From an uncultured virus (IMG/VR IMGVR_UViG_2523533505_000001) (taxonomy: Duplodnaviria > Heunggongvirae > Uroviricota > Caudoviricetes): a stretch of 29,026 nt of DNA. Shown in pieces: positions 8,596-16,662 of the stretch (position 1 is the stretch's first letter; each line of letters starts with the position of its first letter). A model generated the notes under the pieces. It was not told the DNA's origin and ran no database searches. It was given only the letters and a program-made list of their open reading frames with translations. The position numbers and the translations under genes are program-made. The stretch lies in IMG/VR virus record IMGVR_UViG_2523533505_000001, positions 62,001 to 91,026 of that record; one strand, 5' to 3'.

Positions 8596-9118
8596 CGTCG
8601 TCGGTGTCGCCGAGGATGCCTTCCTCGTCGTCCGGGTCCGGGTCGCCGGCGGTGTTGATCAGGTTTCGGAGTTCGGCCAGGCCAACGGCCCCGATCTGCA
8701 GGGCTCCCCCGCCAGGGCCGGATACCTCTGCCTTCACCGGCATGTCCAGGCCGTTCAGCTTGGCCCGGCGGTCGATCAACCGGATGACGGTGTCGACGGC
8801 GCGGAGGTCGAGGGCATGGTCGATGACTTCGCCGTCTTTGTCGAACACCGGGGAGGGCTGGGTGGCTCGGGGCCAGGCGGCTTCGAGGAGTGCGTCGAGG
8901 CGTTCGTTCTCCTGCTGCCGGTAGATGCCGACCTCGGCGGCTTCCTCGGCCCGGTGGGCTTCGAGGGCGCGGTGGAAGTCTTTCCGGGCGTCGCTGGGGC
9001 TGCTGTATCCCAGGGCTCCGACGCGATCGTCGTCGTACCGGACGCCTTCACGGCGCAGTTTCAGCAGCGCGGTGCGACGGACCGTGACCTCGTCCATCTT
9101 CAGTTTCGACCATGCCAT
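8564..9118 (-). CDS. terS: Terminase small subunit (putative)
   Basis: ATG at 9118 with GGGAG RBS. N-terminal HTH-like LRREGVRYDD...LGYSS and RRAKLNGLDMP motif. Overlaps the start of terL. Confidence 0.75.
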   Translation of the reverse strand: MAWSKLKMDEVTVRRTALLKLRREGVRYDDDRVGALGYSSPSDARKDFHRALEAHRAEEAAEVGIYRQQENERLDALLEAAWPRATQPSPVFDKDGEVIDHALDLRAVDTVIRLIDRRAKLNGLDMPVKAEVSGPGGGALQIGAVGLAELRNLINTAGDPDPDDEEGILGDTDDDDADDDSDDA

Positions 9119-9156
9119 GGCGGTGGGGCTCCCGCTCGATGTGTGTGTGATTGTTC

Positions 9157-9168
9157 GGCCCCGCGCCT
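9157..9168 (-). promoter_or_regulatory. Conserved 12-mer AGGCGCGGGGCC (copy before terS)
   Basis: Third exact copy, 38 nt upstream of the terS ATG. Confidence 0.65.
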
Positions 9169-9236
9169 GTGACGAATGATCGCCGATTTTCGGATATGGG
9201 TTCCCCCGGCTCGGGGTGAGGGCCATGCTGCGCGGC

Positions 9237-9935
9237 ATGAAGCGTGTACGTGGGGTGGGTGCGGTGGCCGGGGGCGTGCTGGCCGTGGCGGTGCTGCTGG
9301 GCGGCTGCTCGAGCGCCGACAGCGACGGATCCGAGCGGGCGGAGTCCGCGTCGGCGGGGGCGCGTGAGACTGCGTCGGTGGAGGAAGTGCCGGAGGAGAC
9401 GGCGCCGACCTATCCGCCGGGCCCGGAGGGCGACATCGACCGGAAGGCGGATGCGGAGGGCTGGACGTACGACTCGATCTACGGCAGCGCGTCGGAGTTC
9501 GTGGATGACATCTGCGTGTCGCTGCCGGACGAGGGTGAGGGCGGGGTGCCGCGGGCGCAGTGGCTGGACGAGGGCGGCTACCTGCTGGGGGACGGCGCGG
9601 CGGTGCTGACGTTCGGCGTGCCGAAGCTGTGCCCGAAGTGGACGAAGACGGTCAAGGCCGCGGTGTCGGGGAACTACGAGCGCGCGGTGAAGGCCGGCGA
9701 TTGGGAGGTGGTGGCGGATCCCGCGCCGTACGACCCGGAGGAGGACGTGCAGCAGATTCGGCCGGGCACGTATCGGGCGGTGGGTCGGTTCGAGGACTGC
9801 TACTGGGAGCGGACGTCACAGGACGGGGAGATCGTTGCGAATCAGTTCGTGACGCAGGCGCGGGAGTTGACGGTGACGTTGCAGGCGGGTGAGCCGTTCA
9901 GGAACGACTGCGGTGTGTTCACGCGGGTCGGCTGA
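9237..9935 (+). CDS. Lipoprotein, moron-like and opposite to the flanking operons
   Basis: MKRVR, hydrophobic stretch, lipobox LGGC, acidic linker, C-terminal PGTYR...CYWER domain with Cys pairs. Confidence 0.8.
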   Translation: MKRVRGVGAVAGGVLAVAVLLGGCSSADSDGSERAESASAGARETASVEEVPEETAPTYPPGPEGDIDRKADAEGWTYDSIYGSASEFVDDICVSLPDEGEGGVPRAQWLDEGGYLLGDGAAVLTFGVPKLCPKWTKTVKAAVSGNYERAVKAGDWEVVADPAPYDPEEDVQQIRPGTYRAVGRFEDCYWERTSQDGEIVANQFVTQARELTVTLQAGEPFRNDCGVFTRVG

Positions 9936-9966
9936 CACCCTTCGGCCTGGGCCGGGCCGGACGTGG

Positions 9967-10121
9967 TGCGGTCCCTGAAACCGTCCCGGGGGGGGTGGGT
10001 GGTGTCAGGGACCGTAGGGCCCGGGCTCTCGAGAAAGGAGTCCGGGCAGATCGTGTGTCGGCCCGCCCAGGCAACACAGCCGGCGCGGGGACACTGACTG
10101 AGGAAGCTCGGGCGGGCCGAC
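9967..10121. terminator. Three consecutive inverted repeats between convergent genes
   Basis: CGGTCCCTGA/TCAGGGACCG (9969-10014), GCCCGGGCTC/GAGTCCGGGC (10019-10047) and GTCGGCCCGCCC/GGGCGGGCCGAC (10057-10121). Confidence 0.55.
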
Positions 10122-10178
10122 GTGAATCATGCTGCCGTACGGGGAGCGGGTTGTCCGAGGCGCCTTCCCCTGGCGCAG

Positions 10179-12500
10179 TCACGCGCCCGGCTCGGGCCCA
10201 ATGGCCCAGCTGCCGCGCTCGGGGCCGCGGTGGATGAGGTTCTTCTGGCGGAGGTTGCCGAGGGTGTTGTCGAGGGTGGAGCCGGTGACACCGGAGATGC
10301 GGCTGATGACGTCGCGCTTGGTGTAGTTGGTGTCGAGGCCTGCCGGGTCGGCGAACTCCTGCAGCGCGTTGAGGATGCGCTGTTCGGCGGTGGGGCCCTT
10401 CTTCGGGGAGAGGTCGATGCCGGTGAGGAGGGAGGCTGGGCCGCTGCCGTCGTCGTCGAGGTCGTCCTCCTGGTCTTCCTGGTCGCCGGGGAGGACGGAG
10501 ATGCGGGCGAGGTCGTGGCGGTCGTCCCAGAACGGCCAGTCGACGGGGTGGGCGACGGCCGAAGGGTCGATGTGGGGGGTGGCGTCCTCGAGGATCCAGT
10601 TCCGCATCATCTCGGCGTGGGCGCCGGGGCTGGCCGTGAACGCCAGTCCGAAGGTGCGCTCGGGGTCGTTGAGGGGCTTGGTCGGGTCGTAGACCATCTC
10701 ACGGTCGCCGGTCCAGGCCGGGGGGATGTCGGCGGGGTTACAGCCGGCGAAGTTCTCGGGCAGGTCGATGAGGTGCTTCTGCTGGGAGTCGGAGCGCAGG
10801 AGGACGAGGCTGCCGCCGTAGAAGACGTTGTCGCGGATGGCTGCGTCGCCGCCGAACTCTTTGAGCTGCATGAGCTGGTTGGCGAGGATGACGGGCATGC
10901 CCATGGAGCGGCCGAGGGTGGCGCCGGCGTTGATGATGAAGACGGCTTCCTTCTTGTGTTCGGCGTTCTCGCCGAGGAGTTTGCTGGCCTCGTCGAGGAT
11001 CAGCGGGGCCCAGGGGAGGCTGGGGCTGGCCTTGAAGTTCTTCATGCCGGTCTTCTTGGACTGCTCGATGCGGTGCCGGAGTCCGTGCCACCAGATACGC
11101 AGGGCGCCGAGGGCGTCGTCCGGGCCGAGGGCGGAGTAGGCGGCCATCTTCTCGATGGAGGGGTTGGAGGAGCCCTTGGGGTCGGCGTAGATGATGGCGG
11201 AGCCGTTGACGTGGTGGGCGAGGGCGATGAGTTGGAGGGTGCCGCCCTTTCCGGAGCCGGTGACGCCGGCGACGATGGCGTGCTGCGCGCCGAGGGCGGG
11301 GTCCCACAGCTGGATGCGGGCGGGGAACCCGGAGACGCCGGGCCCGAGTTGGATGTAGCCGTTGTCGTTGGGCTTCAGGACGTGGACGCCGGGGAACGCC
11401 GCGCCCTTCTGGAGGGGGTTGCGGTCCATCTTCCGGATGACGGCTTCACGCGGGTTCTGCCGGGGCTCGTAGGAGATCAGCAGCGGGTTCTTGACGCGGA
11501 GGGCTCCGGCGAGGTCCAGCCGGTCGGGGTGGCGGAGGCGGTCCATCTGGTCGCCGGCGACGACGAGGGCGACCTGCCCGTCGGTGTTGGGGTCGTACTG
11601 GACGTCTGTGAGGTGGGTGCCTTCCATGAGGCCGCCCTTGCGTGCGGCCCACTTCTTCCAGGCTCCGGCGAGGGTGCTGGGGTCGAGTTCGGCGGGCGGC
11701 TGGAGGCTGACGGTGATGCCGGCTTCGCCGGAGTGGGCGCCGGGCGTGATGGTGATCCAGGCGGCGGGCGCTTGGTAGGGGGTTCCTTGGTAGGCGGAGG
11801 AGACGGTGTCCGGGGTGACGGTGACGGACTGCCCGGGGGGCGCGGTGATGGTGCCTTGCCAGCGGGTGTTGTCGAGGGTGGTGAGCTGGATTTCCTGGGC
11901 TTTGTGGGTGCCGGTGTCGCGGTTGGAGATGACCTGGTACCAGCGGTAGGCGATCTGCCGGGCGGGGGTATCGGGGGCGACTGACGCTGTGGGTGCGGCC
12001 GTCGGGTGGGTGGGGGGCGGGGTGTTGGGGGTGCGGGGGCGGGTGAGGATGCGGCGGAGCTTGAAGGGGACGAGGGCGACGGCTGCCCACCAGCCGAGGG
12101 AGACGATGCCGGGGATGGGGTTGGCGGGGATGTTGAGCAGCCCGGCCATGAGGGCGTCGGCGCCGGCGGGGCCTTGGACGGTGCCCATGAGGAGGGCCAT
12201 TCCGCTGGTGAGGGTGGAGGCGAAGAGGGGGCTGCGGTGGGCGCGGATGATGTCTCCGGCGGGGAGCTGGTCGATGAGGTTGGGCGGGAGGCGGTTCATG
12301 TAGTTCGCGGCGAGGAATCCGGCGGTGCTGCCGTAGGCGATGGCGCCGAGGATGGCGGCGGATCCGTCGAGGAAGGGTGCGCCGACTCCGACGGCGACGG
12401 GGGTGAGGGATTCGGCCCAGGCGATGGCGCGTTCGGTGGTGGCCGGGCGGCGGACTGCGGGGGTGGGGGTGGCGGCGGTGTTGGTGGTCTGCTGGTTCAT
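10179..12500 (-). CDS. traB: FtsK/SpoIIIE-family conjugative DNA translocase (Streptomyces TraB-like)
   Basis: 773 aa: N-terminal hydrophobic membrane segments, Walker A GVTGSGKG, ADPKG, Walker B LILDEA, GRSMGM..ILANQ, and a C-terminal winged-helix-like domain. Confidence 0.85.
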   Translation of the reverse strand: MNQQTTNTAATPTPAVRRPATTERAIAWAESLTPVAVGVGAPFLDGSAAILGAIAYGSTAGFLAANYMNRLPPNLIDQLPAGDIIRAHRSPLFASTLTSGMALLMGTVQGPAGADALMAGLLNIPANPIPGIVSLGWWAAVALVPFKLRRILTRPRTPNTPPPTHPTAAPTASVAPDTPARQIAYRWYQVISNRDTGTHKAQEIQLTTLDNTRWQGTITAPPGQSVTVTPDTVSSAYQGTPYQAPAAWITITPGAHSGEAGITVSLQPPAELDPSTLAGAWKKWAARKGGLMEGTHLTDVQYDPNTDGQVALVVAGDQMDRLRHPDRLDLAGALRVKNPLLISYEPRQNPREAVIRKMDRNPLQKGAAFPGVHVLKPNDNGYIQLGPGVSGFPARIQLWDPALGAQHAIVAGVTGSGKGGTLQLIALAHHVNGSAIIYADPKGSSNPSIEKMAAYSALGPDDALGALRIWWHGLRHRIEQSKKTGMKNFKASPSLPWAPLILDEASKLLGENAEHKKEAVFIINAGATLGRSMGMPVILANQLMQLKEFGGDAAIRDNVFYGGSLVLLRSDSQQKHLIDLPENFAGCNPADIPPAWTGDREMVYDPTKPLNDPERTFGLAFTASPGAHAEMMRNWILEDATPHIDPSAVAHPVDWPFWDDRHDLARISVLPGDQEDQEDDLDDDGSGPASLLTGIDLSPKKGPTAEQRILNALQEFADPAGLDTNYTKRDVISRISGVTGSTLDNTLGNLRQKNLIHRGPERGSWAIGPEPGA

Positions 12501-12548
12501 CGGGTTCGGGGTCCTTCCGTGGCGGGGTGGGGTGTTGGCGGGTAGAGG

Positions 12549-12584
12549 GCGGGCCGGGACCGAGGGAGAGCGGTCCCGGCCCGC
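12549..12584 (-). terminator. 14-bp perfect inverted repeat upstream of traB (attenuator/terminator)
   Basis: GCGGGCCGGGACCG-AGGGAGAG-CGGTCCCGGCCCGC in the 12501-12602 intergenic gap. Confidence 0.6.
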
Positions 12585-12602
12585 GGGGCGGTGGGGGGCG
12601 GG

Positions 12603-12986
12603 CTACTCGCGGGTGAGCCAGGTGTGGTCGAGGTCGTAGATCTCGCGGCCGACCGGGGAGCGGCCAGCGGCTTCGCCGATGCCGGAGTGGCTGGCCTTGT
12701 TCTGGTCGTGGGCGGCCTGCGCGGCCCGGGCGGTGGTGACGGCGTCGGTGGCGTAGCCGAGGGTGGCCTCGGACAGGCCGGCCATGATGCGGGCGACCTC
12801 GCGGGTTTCCGCGACGGTCGCCGAATCGACCCGGAACGAGCCGATGCATTCGGCGACCCGGGCGGTGTCCTTCGCCTCGGCGTCGATGTCGCGGGCGTGG
12901 GAGCGGATCGCTTCGGCGCTGCGGGTGATGTCCTTCGCGAGCGCGGCGGTGGCCTTGGCAAGTTGGGCGTAGGTCAGGTCAGGCAT
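12603..12986 (-). CDS. Small all-helical protein, probable transfer accessory protein
   Basis: 127 aa, Ala-rich heptad pattern, AGGAG RBS, overlapping the upstream stop. Directly upstream of traB. Confidence 0.75.
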   Translation of the reverse strand: MPDLTYAQLAKATAALAKDITRSAEAIRSHARDIDAEAKDTARVAECIGSFRVDSATVAETREVARIMAGLSEATLGYATDAVTTARAAQAAHDQNKASHSGIGEAAGRSPVGREIYDLDHTWLTRE

Positions 12987-15069
12987 GGGACATCTCCTGG
13001 TAGTAGCTCATCTTCGCTGCGCCGTCGGGCGAGTCGACGACGGCCTTGTAGATGCCGCCGTAGCGGGTCTCGGTGTTGCTGCTGAGGGTCTTGCAGGCCT
13101 CGGCGGCGCGGATGCCGCGCTTGTGGACCTCGGCGGCCTTCCCGGTCTGCACGTCGGCGGTCTCGGCGAGCCGGGTGAGGGCGGTGACGAGCTTGTCGCC
13201 GCCTTCGCTGCCGCGGGCCTGCTCGAGGAGTTCGGTGATCTGCTTGGCCTGCTCTCGTGCATGGGCCTCGAGGGTGCGGGTGGCTTCGGCGACCTGGGTC
13301 ATCCGGTCGTTCTTGGCCTCCAGGGTCTGCTGGAAGCGGCGCAGGGTGCGGACCTCGCCGTGCTTGATGTGGGGACGGTCGCCGCCGGCGAGGTGGATGT
13401 GGGTGGCGTCGGTGCCGGTGACCTGGATGGGTTGCGGGCCGGGCACGTGGTCGGGCTTGGGCGGGACGGGTGGCTGGTAGTCGGCGCTGCTGGCGGGCAC
13501 GGTCACGGGCTGGTCCTTGTCCGGCTGGGGGCGGGCCTTGTACTGGTCGTGGGCTTGGTCCAAGCGCTGCTTCTCGCGGGTGGCGTCCTCCTTCTTGTCG
13601 CGGTATCCGTCGCGGACGCCGTCGCGCCAGGCCTCGACGTGCGCGGTGACGGTGGCGGCGCGGGTGCCGTCGCGGTATCCGGCTTCGCGGGAGGCCTTCA
13701 GGTCGATGCCGGAGCCCGGGGCCCGGCCGGGGGACGTTCCGGGGGCACCGCCGGTGCCGGTGGCCGGTCGGGGCTTCTTCGGGTCCTTCGCCGTGGTGGG
13801 GTCCGTGTCGGGCTTCGTCTGCCCGGCGGGCTGGCCGGGCTTCTGGGTGTCGAGCTTGGGCTTGCCGGTGGGGGCCGGGGTGCCGTCCTTGCCGGTACGG
13901 GTGCTGTTCTTCGTCGGATCGGTGTCGCCGGACGTTCCGGCGGCCGGTCCGCCCTTGCCCGCCGGGTCGGTGCGGCCGCTGCCCTTGCCGGGCTGGTCCT
14001 GCTTCCCGGCCGGTTTGGTGCCGTCCCTGCCGTCCGTGCTGGTCTTCGTACCGTCTGAGCCGTTCGCCGGTCCGGCACCGGATTTGGTCGTCTTGCCCTT
14101 TGCCGTGCTGATCCCGGATCCGTCGCCGCAGGTCTCTGTGGTCTGCGGCTTCCCGGTTCCGCCGTCGGGCTTCTTGCCCTTGCCCGGGCCCGTCCCGCTG
14201 CCCGCGCTGGCGCTGCCGCTGGAGCCGGACGTTTTGCTGTGGGAGGGGGAGGTGGTCTGTCCGCCGGGCTTGTCCTTGGACGCCCCGGCGCTGTTGTGGG
14301 GGACGCGTCGGCTGCTGTGGTCCTTGCCGTCGCCGCTGGACGGCTTGCCGCCGCCACCTCGGCCGCGCCCGCCCTGACCGTCGGAGCCACCGGGGCCCTT
14401 GGCCCGGCCGGCCCCCGGCTGGGAGCCCGACTCCTTGCCGCCCCGCCCCGCTCCCCCGGAGCCGCCAGCGCCCGCGCTCTGCGGGCCCTTCGACTGCGGA
14501 CCGGACGCGTTCTTCGACCCCTTCGGCGATCCGCCACCGGACTTGCTGGACAGCGACTTACCGCCGTCACTCTTTCCACCGGTGCCTCCGGACGGCTTTC
14601 CGCTGGATGCACCGCTGGAACGGTTCACGGAAACCGTACGGGTCTCCTTCACCTGCAATGCCTGCGCGCGCGCCTTCTGAATATCCAGACGCTTATTACG
14701 GGCGTCCGCGCCTTTCTTCCACCGTTCCGCACCAGCGAGAAGCCAGGCACGGACCACGCTGGTCTCCTGACGCCCGTTACCGCTGCCTCCAGCCGTGCTC
14801 TGCTGCTTTCCCCCAGCGGCTTGCGTGGGGTCACCGTTCTGGAAATCAGCGCTCGTTCCGTGCACCTCCTGCTGCCCGGACGCCGCGCCTTCACCGGTGG
14901 TGGGGTTCAGGGTGAACCCGGCGGGGGGACGGGTGGGTTCGACTGCGGCGAGCAGCCCGGCGAGGCCGCCCGGCTGCTGCGTTCCGCTGTGCGTGGGGGC
15001 TGCGGGGGCAGTGCTTTGGGGTGCGTTCTCGGGCCCGGGAACGGCCGCGGGGGCCGTGTCGCTCGCCAT
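12979..15069 (-). CDS. Large protein with a long disordered G/K/S/T/P region and a C-terminal helical domain; probable transfer accessory protein
   Basis: ATG at 15069 with a GAGG RBS. About 696 aa with a structured segment VVRAWLLAGAERWKKGAD and a coiled-coil C-terminus. Confidence 0.75.
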   Translation of the reverse strand: MASDTAPAAVPGPENAPQSTAPAAPTHSGTQQPGGLAGLLAAVEPTRPPAGFTLNPTTGEGAASGQQEVHGTSADFQNGDPTQAAGGKQQSTAGGSGNGRQETSVVRAWLLAGAERWKKGADARNKRLDIQKARAQALQVKETRTVSVNRSSGASSGKPSGGTGGKSDGGKSLSSKSGGGSPKGSKNASGPQSKGPQSAGAGGSGGAGRGGKESGSQPGAGRAKGPGGSDGQGGRGRGGGGKPSSGDGKDHSSRRVPHNSAGASKDKPGGQTTSPSHSKTSGSSGSASAGSGTGPGKGKKPDGGTGKPQTTETCGDGSGISTAKGKTTKSGAGPANGSDGTKTSTDGRDGTKPAGKQDQPGKGSGRTDPAGKGGPAAGTSGDTDPTKNSTRTGKDGTPAPTGKPKLDTQKPGQPAGQTKPDTDPTTAKDPKKPRPATGTGGAPGTSPGRAPGSGIDLKASREAGYRDGTRAATVTAHVEAWRDGVRDGYRDKKEDATREKQRLDQAHDQYKARPQPDKDQPVTVPASSADYQPPVPPKPDHVPGPQPIQVTGTDATHIHLAGGDRPHIKHGEVRTLRRFQQTLEAKNDRMTQVAEATRTLEAHAREQAKQITELLEQARGSEGGDKLVTALTRLAETADVQTGKAAEVHKRGIRAAEACKTLSSNTETRYGGIYKAVVDSPDGAAKMSYYQEMSHA

Positions 15070-15090
15070 CCTCTTCCTCACTTTCGGTAA

Positions 15091-15187
15091 CTACTACTAC
15101 CGGCGCGGTGGCGTCGGTAGGCCCTGTTCAGGGGGTCTATGACGGGCCGGTAGTTGGATCTGTCGCGGACAGTGGCGGTAGTAGTAG
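15091..15187. repeat. CGGTAG repeat cluster bounded by a 12-bp inverted repeat
   Basis: CTACTACTACCG (15091-15102) and CGGTAGTAGTAG (15176-15187), with additional CGGTAG copies at 15115 and 15148. Confidence 0.7.
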
Positions 15188-15188
15188 G

Positions 15189-15776
15189 TCAGGTCTGGTT
15201 ACTGCGCGTTGCCTTGCGGGCGCCGAGGACGAACGCGCCGGCGAGGACACCTCCACCGATCAGTAGGCCCGTGTTGATGCCCCCGTCGCCGCCGTCCGAG
15301 GCGACCTGGGTAGAGCCGGCGGGCTGCATGTCGCTGCCGCTGACGGTGTCCGCGTACTCGCTGCGGCAGTCCGCCACGATGCTGCTGTAGGTGACGCCCA
15401 TCTGCTTTCCGACCAGGGACTTGTCGGTGTCGATGCAGGCGTCGATGAGCTTCTGGTTCGCGGAGTCCTCGGTGGCCTGCGTCTTGGCGTTCCGGGTGGC
15501 CGCCTTGTTGATTTCCTTCAGCTTTTCCACCTCCAATTGCTCCCGCTGCAGGGCGAGTTCCTGCGCCTTGATCTGGTTGGCGTTCGCGTCGGCGGAGTAG
15601 TCCTGCCAGGCGAGCATTCCGCCGCCCGCGAGAACGGTTACGCCGACCGCGACGGCGACCTTTCCGCGCTTGGTGAGTCCGGGCTTTACCGGCTGCGCGG
15701 TGGGTGCTCCGTAGGGGCCCCAGTTCTGCGTGTTGATGATTTCCGTGAACTGCTCGTCGTTGTTGGGGGTGTTCAT
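15189..15776 (-). CDS. Membrane protein with two TM segments and a coiled coil (Spd-like)
   Basis: TM VAVAVGVTVLAGGGMLAW, coiled coil, a Cys pair and a C-terminal TM followed by basic residues. GGAG RBS. Confidence 0.75.
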   Translation of the reverse strand: MNTPNNDEQFTEIINTQNWGPYGAPTAQPVKPGLTKRGKVAVAVGVTVLAGGGMLAWQDYSADANANQIKAQELALQREQLEVEKLKEINKAATRNAKTQATEDSANQKLIDACIDTDKSLVGKQMGVTYSSIVADCRSEYADTVSGSDMQPAGSTQVASDGGDGGINTGLLIGGGVLAGAFVLGARKATRSNQT

Positions 15777-15777
15777 T

Positions 15778-16284
15778 TCACTCTCCGTTTGCGCGGGCCT
15801 GGTAGGAGGCGCTGGTCAGCAGGGCTGTGACGTGCGGGAAGGTGCGGTCGGGGAGGTCGTTCCAGGCGAAGAAAGGCATGGTCACGCCGTCCTTGGCGAG
15901 TTGCTGCTGCATGTACTGCTCGGCGCGGCCGCGCGCGTGGGGGGTGACGTGCCCGGACTTTTCCAGCAGGGACTGGCAGCCGCGGATGCACATCCGGCCG
16001 GTCGGCGACACGTCGAGGGACTTGCACCAGCCGTACCGCTCGAGGGCTTCGCGGACCTGGAGGAGGTGCAGGGAGGGGGGTTGGGGTACCGGATCCTGCC
16101 ACCAGCCGAGGCCGGCCATGACCTGCCGGAGGTGCTTGGGCAGGATCCGCTGCCCCCACGTCGGCGGGTCCAGCAGGTCCGGCGGAGCCGTGACGGGCCG
16201 GAGGTCGACCGGCGGGGGCACGTGCAGCGGGACCACAGGCCGAGGGGCGGCCTGCGGCGGCTGCTGGATCCGGGTCTGCTTCAC
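15778..16284 (-). CDS. Hypothetical protein (DUF6197-like)
   Basis: GW...C..G...WND..RT..V pattern (ERYGWCK, MCIRG, AWNDLPDRTFPHV). Confidence 0.6.
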   Translation of the reverse strand: MKQTRIQQPPQAAPRPVVPLHVPPPVDLRPVTAPPDLLDPPTWGQRILPKHLRQVMAGLGWWQDPVPQPPSLHLLQVREALERYGWCKSLDVSPTGRMCIRGCQSLLEKSGHVTPHARGRAEQYMQQQLAKDGVTMPFFAWNDLPDRTFPHVTALLTSASYQARANGE

Positions 16285-16293
16285 TTCGGGTCC

Positions 16294-16662
16294 TCAGGCG
16301 GTCTGGGCGTCGGGCTGGGCGGCGTACAACTGCTGTGCGGTGGAGAGCCGGTCGTAGGCGGTGGTCTGCTTCAGGCTCAGGCGGTTCATCACGTCCTCGA
16401 GGGACACGGCCTTCGGGTCGCCGGCCTGGCGGATCCAGGTGACGACGGCGTTGATCTGTCCCTGGCGCCAGTGCCTGCCAACGCGGCCCCGGAGGTCTGC
16501 CAGTTCGTCGACGTCGGTTGCCAGACCTGCCAGGGCGTCTGCCAGTGCCAGCGGCAGAACTGCCAGCGCGACCTCCACGCCGTGCCGGGTGCACAGCATG
16601 ATCGGCTGGCTGGTAGCCGGGGAGGACTGGCAGTTTTCGACGGTGCATCGGGCGGTGGTCAC
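16294..16662 (-). CDS. Hypothetical protein with an N-terminal Cys/His cluster and a C-terminal HTH-like segment
   Basis: GAAAGG RBS and GTG start. CTVENC...CTRH and SLEDVMNRLSLKQTTAYDRL. Confidence 0.65.
   Translation of the reverse strand: MTTARCTVENCQSSPATSQPIMLCTRHGVEVALAVLPLALADALAGLATDVDELADLRGRVGRHWRQGQINAVVTWIRQAGDPKAVSLEDVMNRLSLKQTTAYDRLSTAQQLYAAQPDAQTA

Noticed and set aside
558..8658. Long plus-strand ORFs (558..1526, 1367..2764, 4935..6896, 7088..8113 and others)
   Set aside because: Antisense shadows of real minus-strand genes, expected in high-GC DNA. They are V/G/D-rich with no motifs.
10082..10092. GGCGCGGGGAC as a fourth copy of the late 12-mer motif
   Set aside because: Partial match that cannot form the stem and is not upstream of a gene on that strand.
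10179..12500. Chromosomal FtsK, T4SS coupling protein or EccC
   Set aside because: It has a single ATPase domain with a C-terminal wHTH, no relaxase, VirB4 or Ecc genes nearby, and sits beside Spd-like and GntR genes. The GKG ending of Walker A was noted but is not enough to call it inactive.
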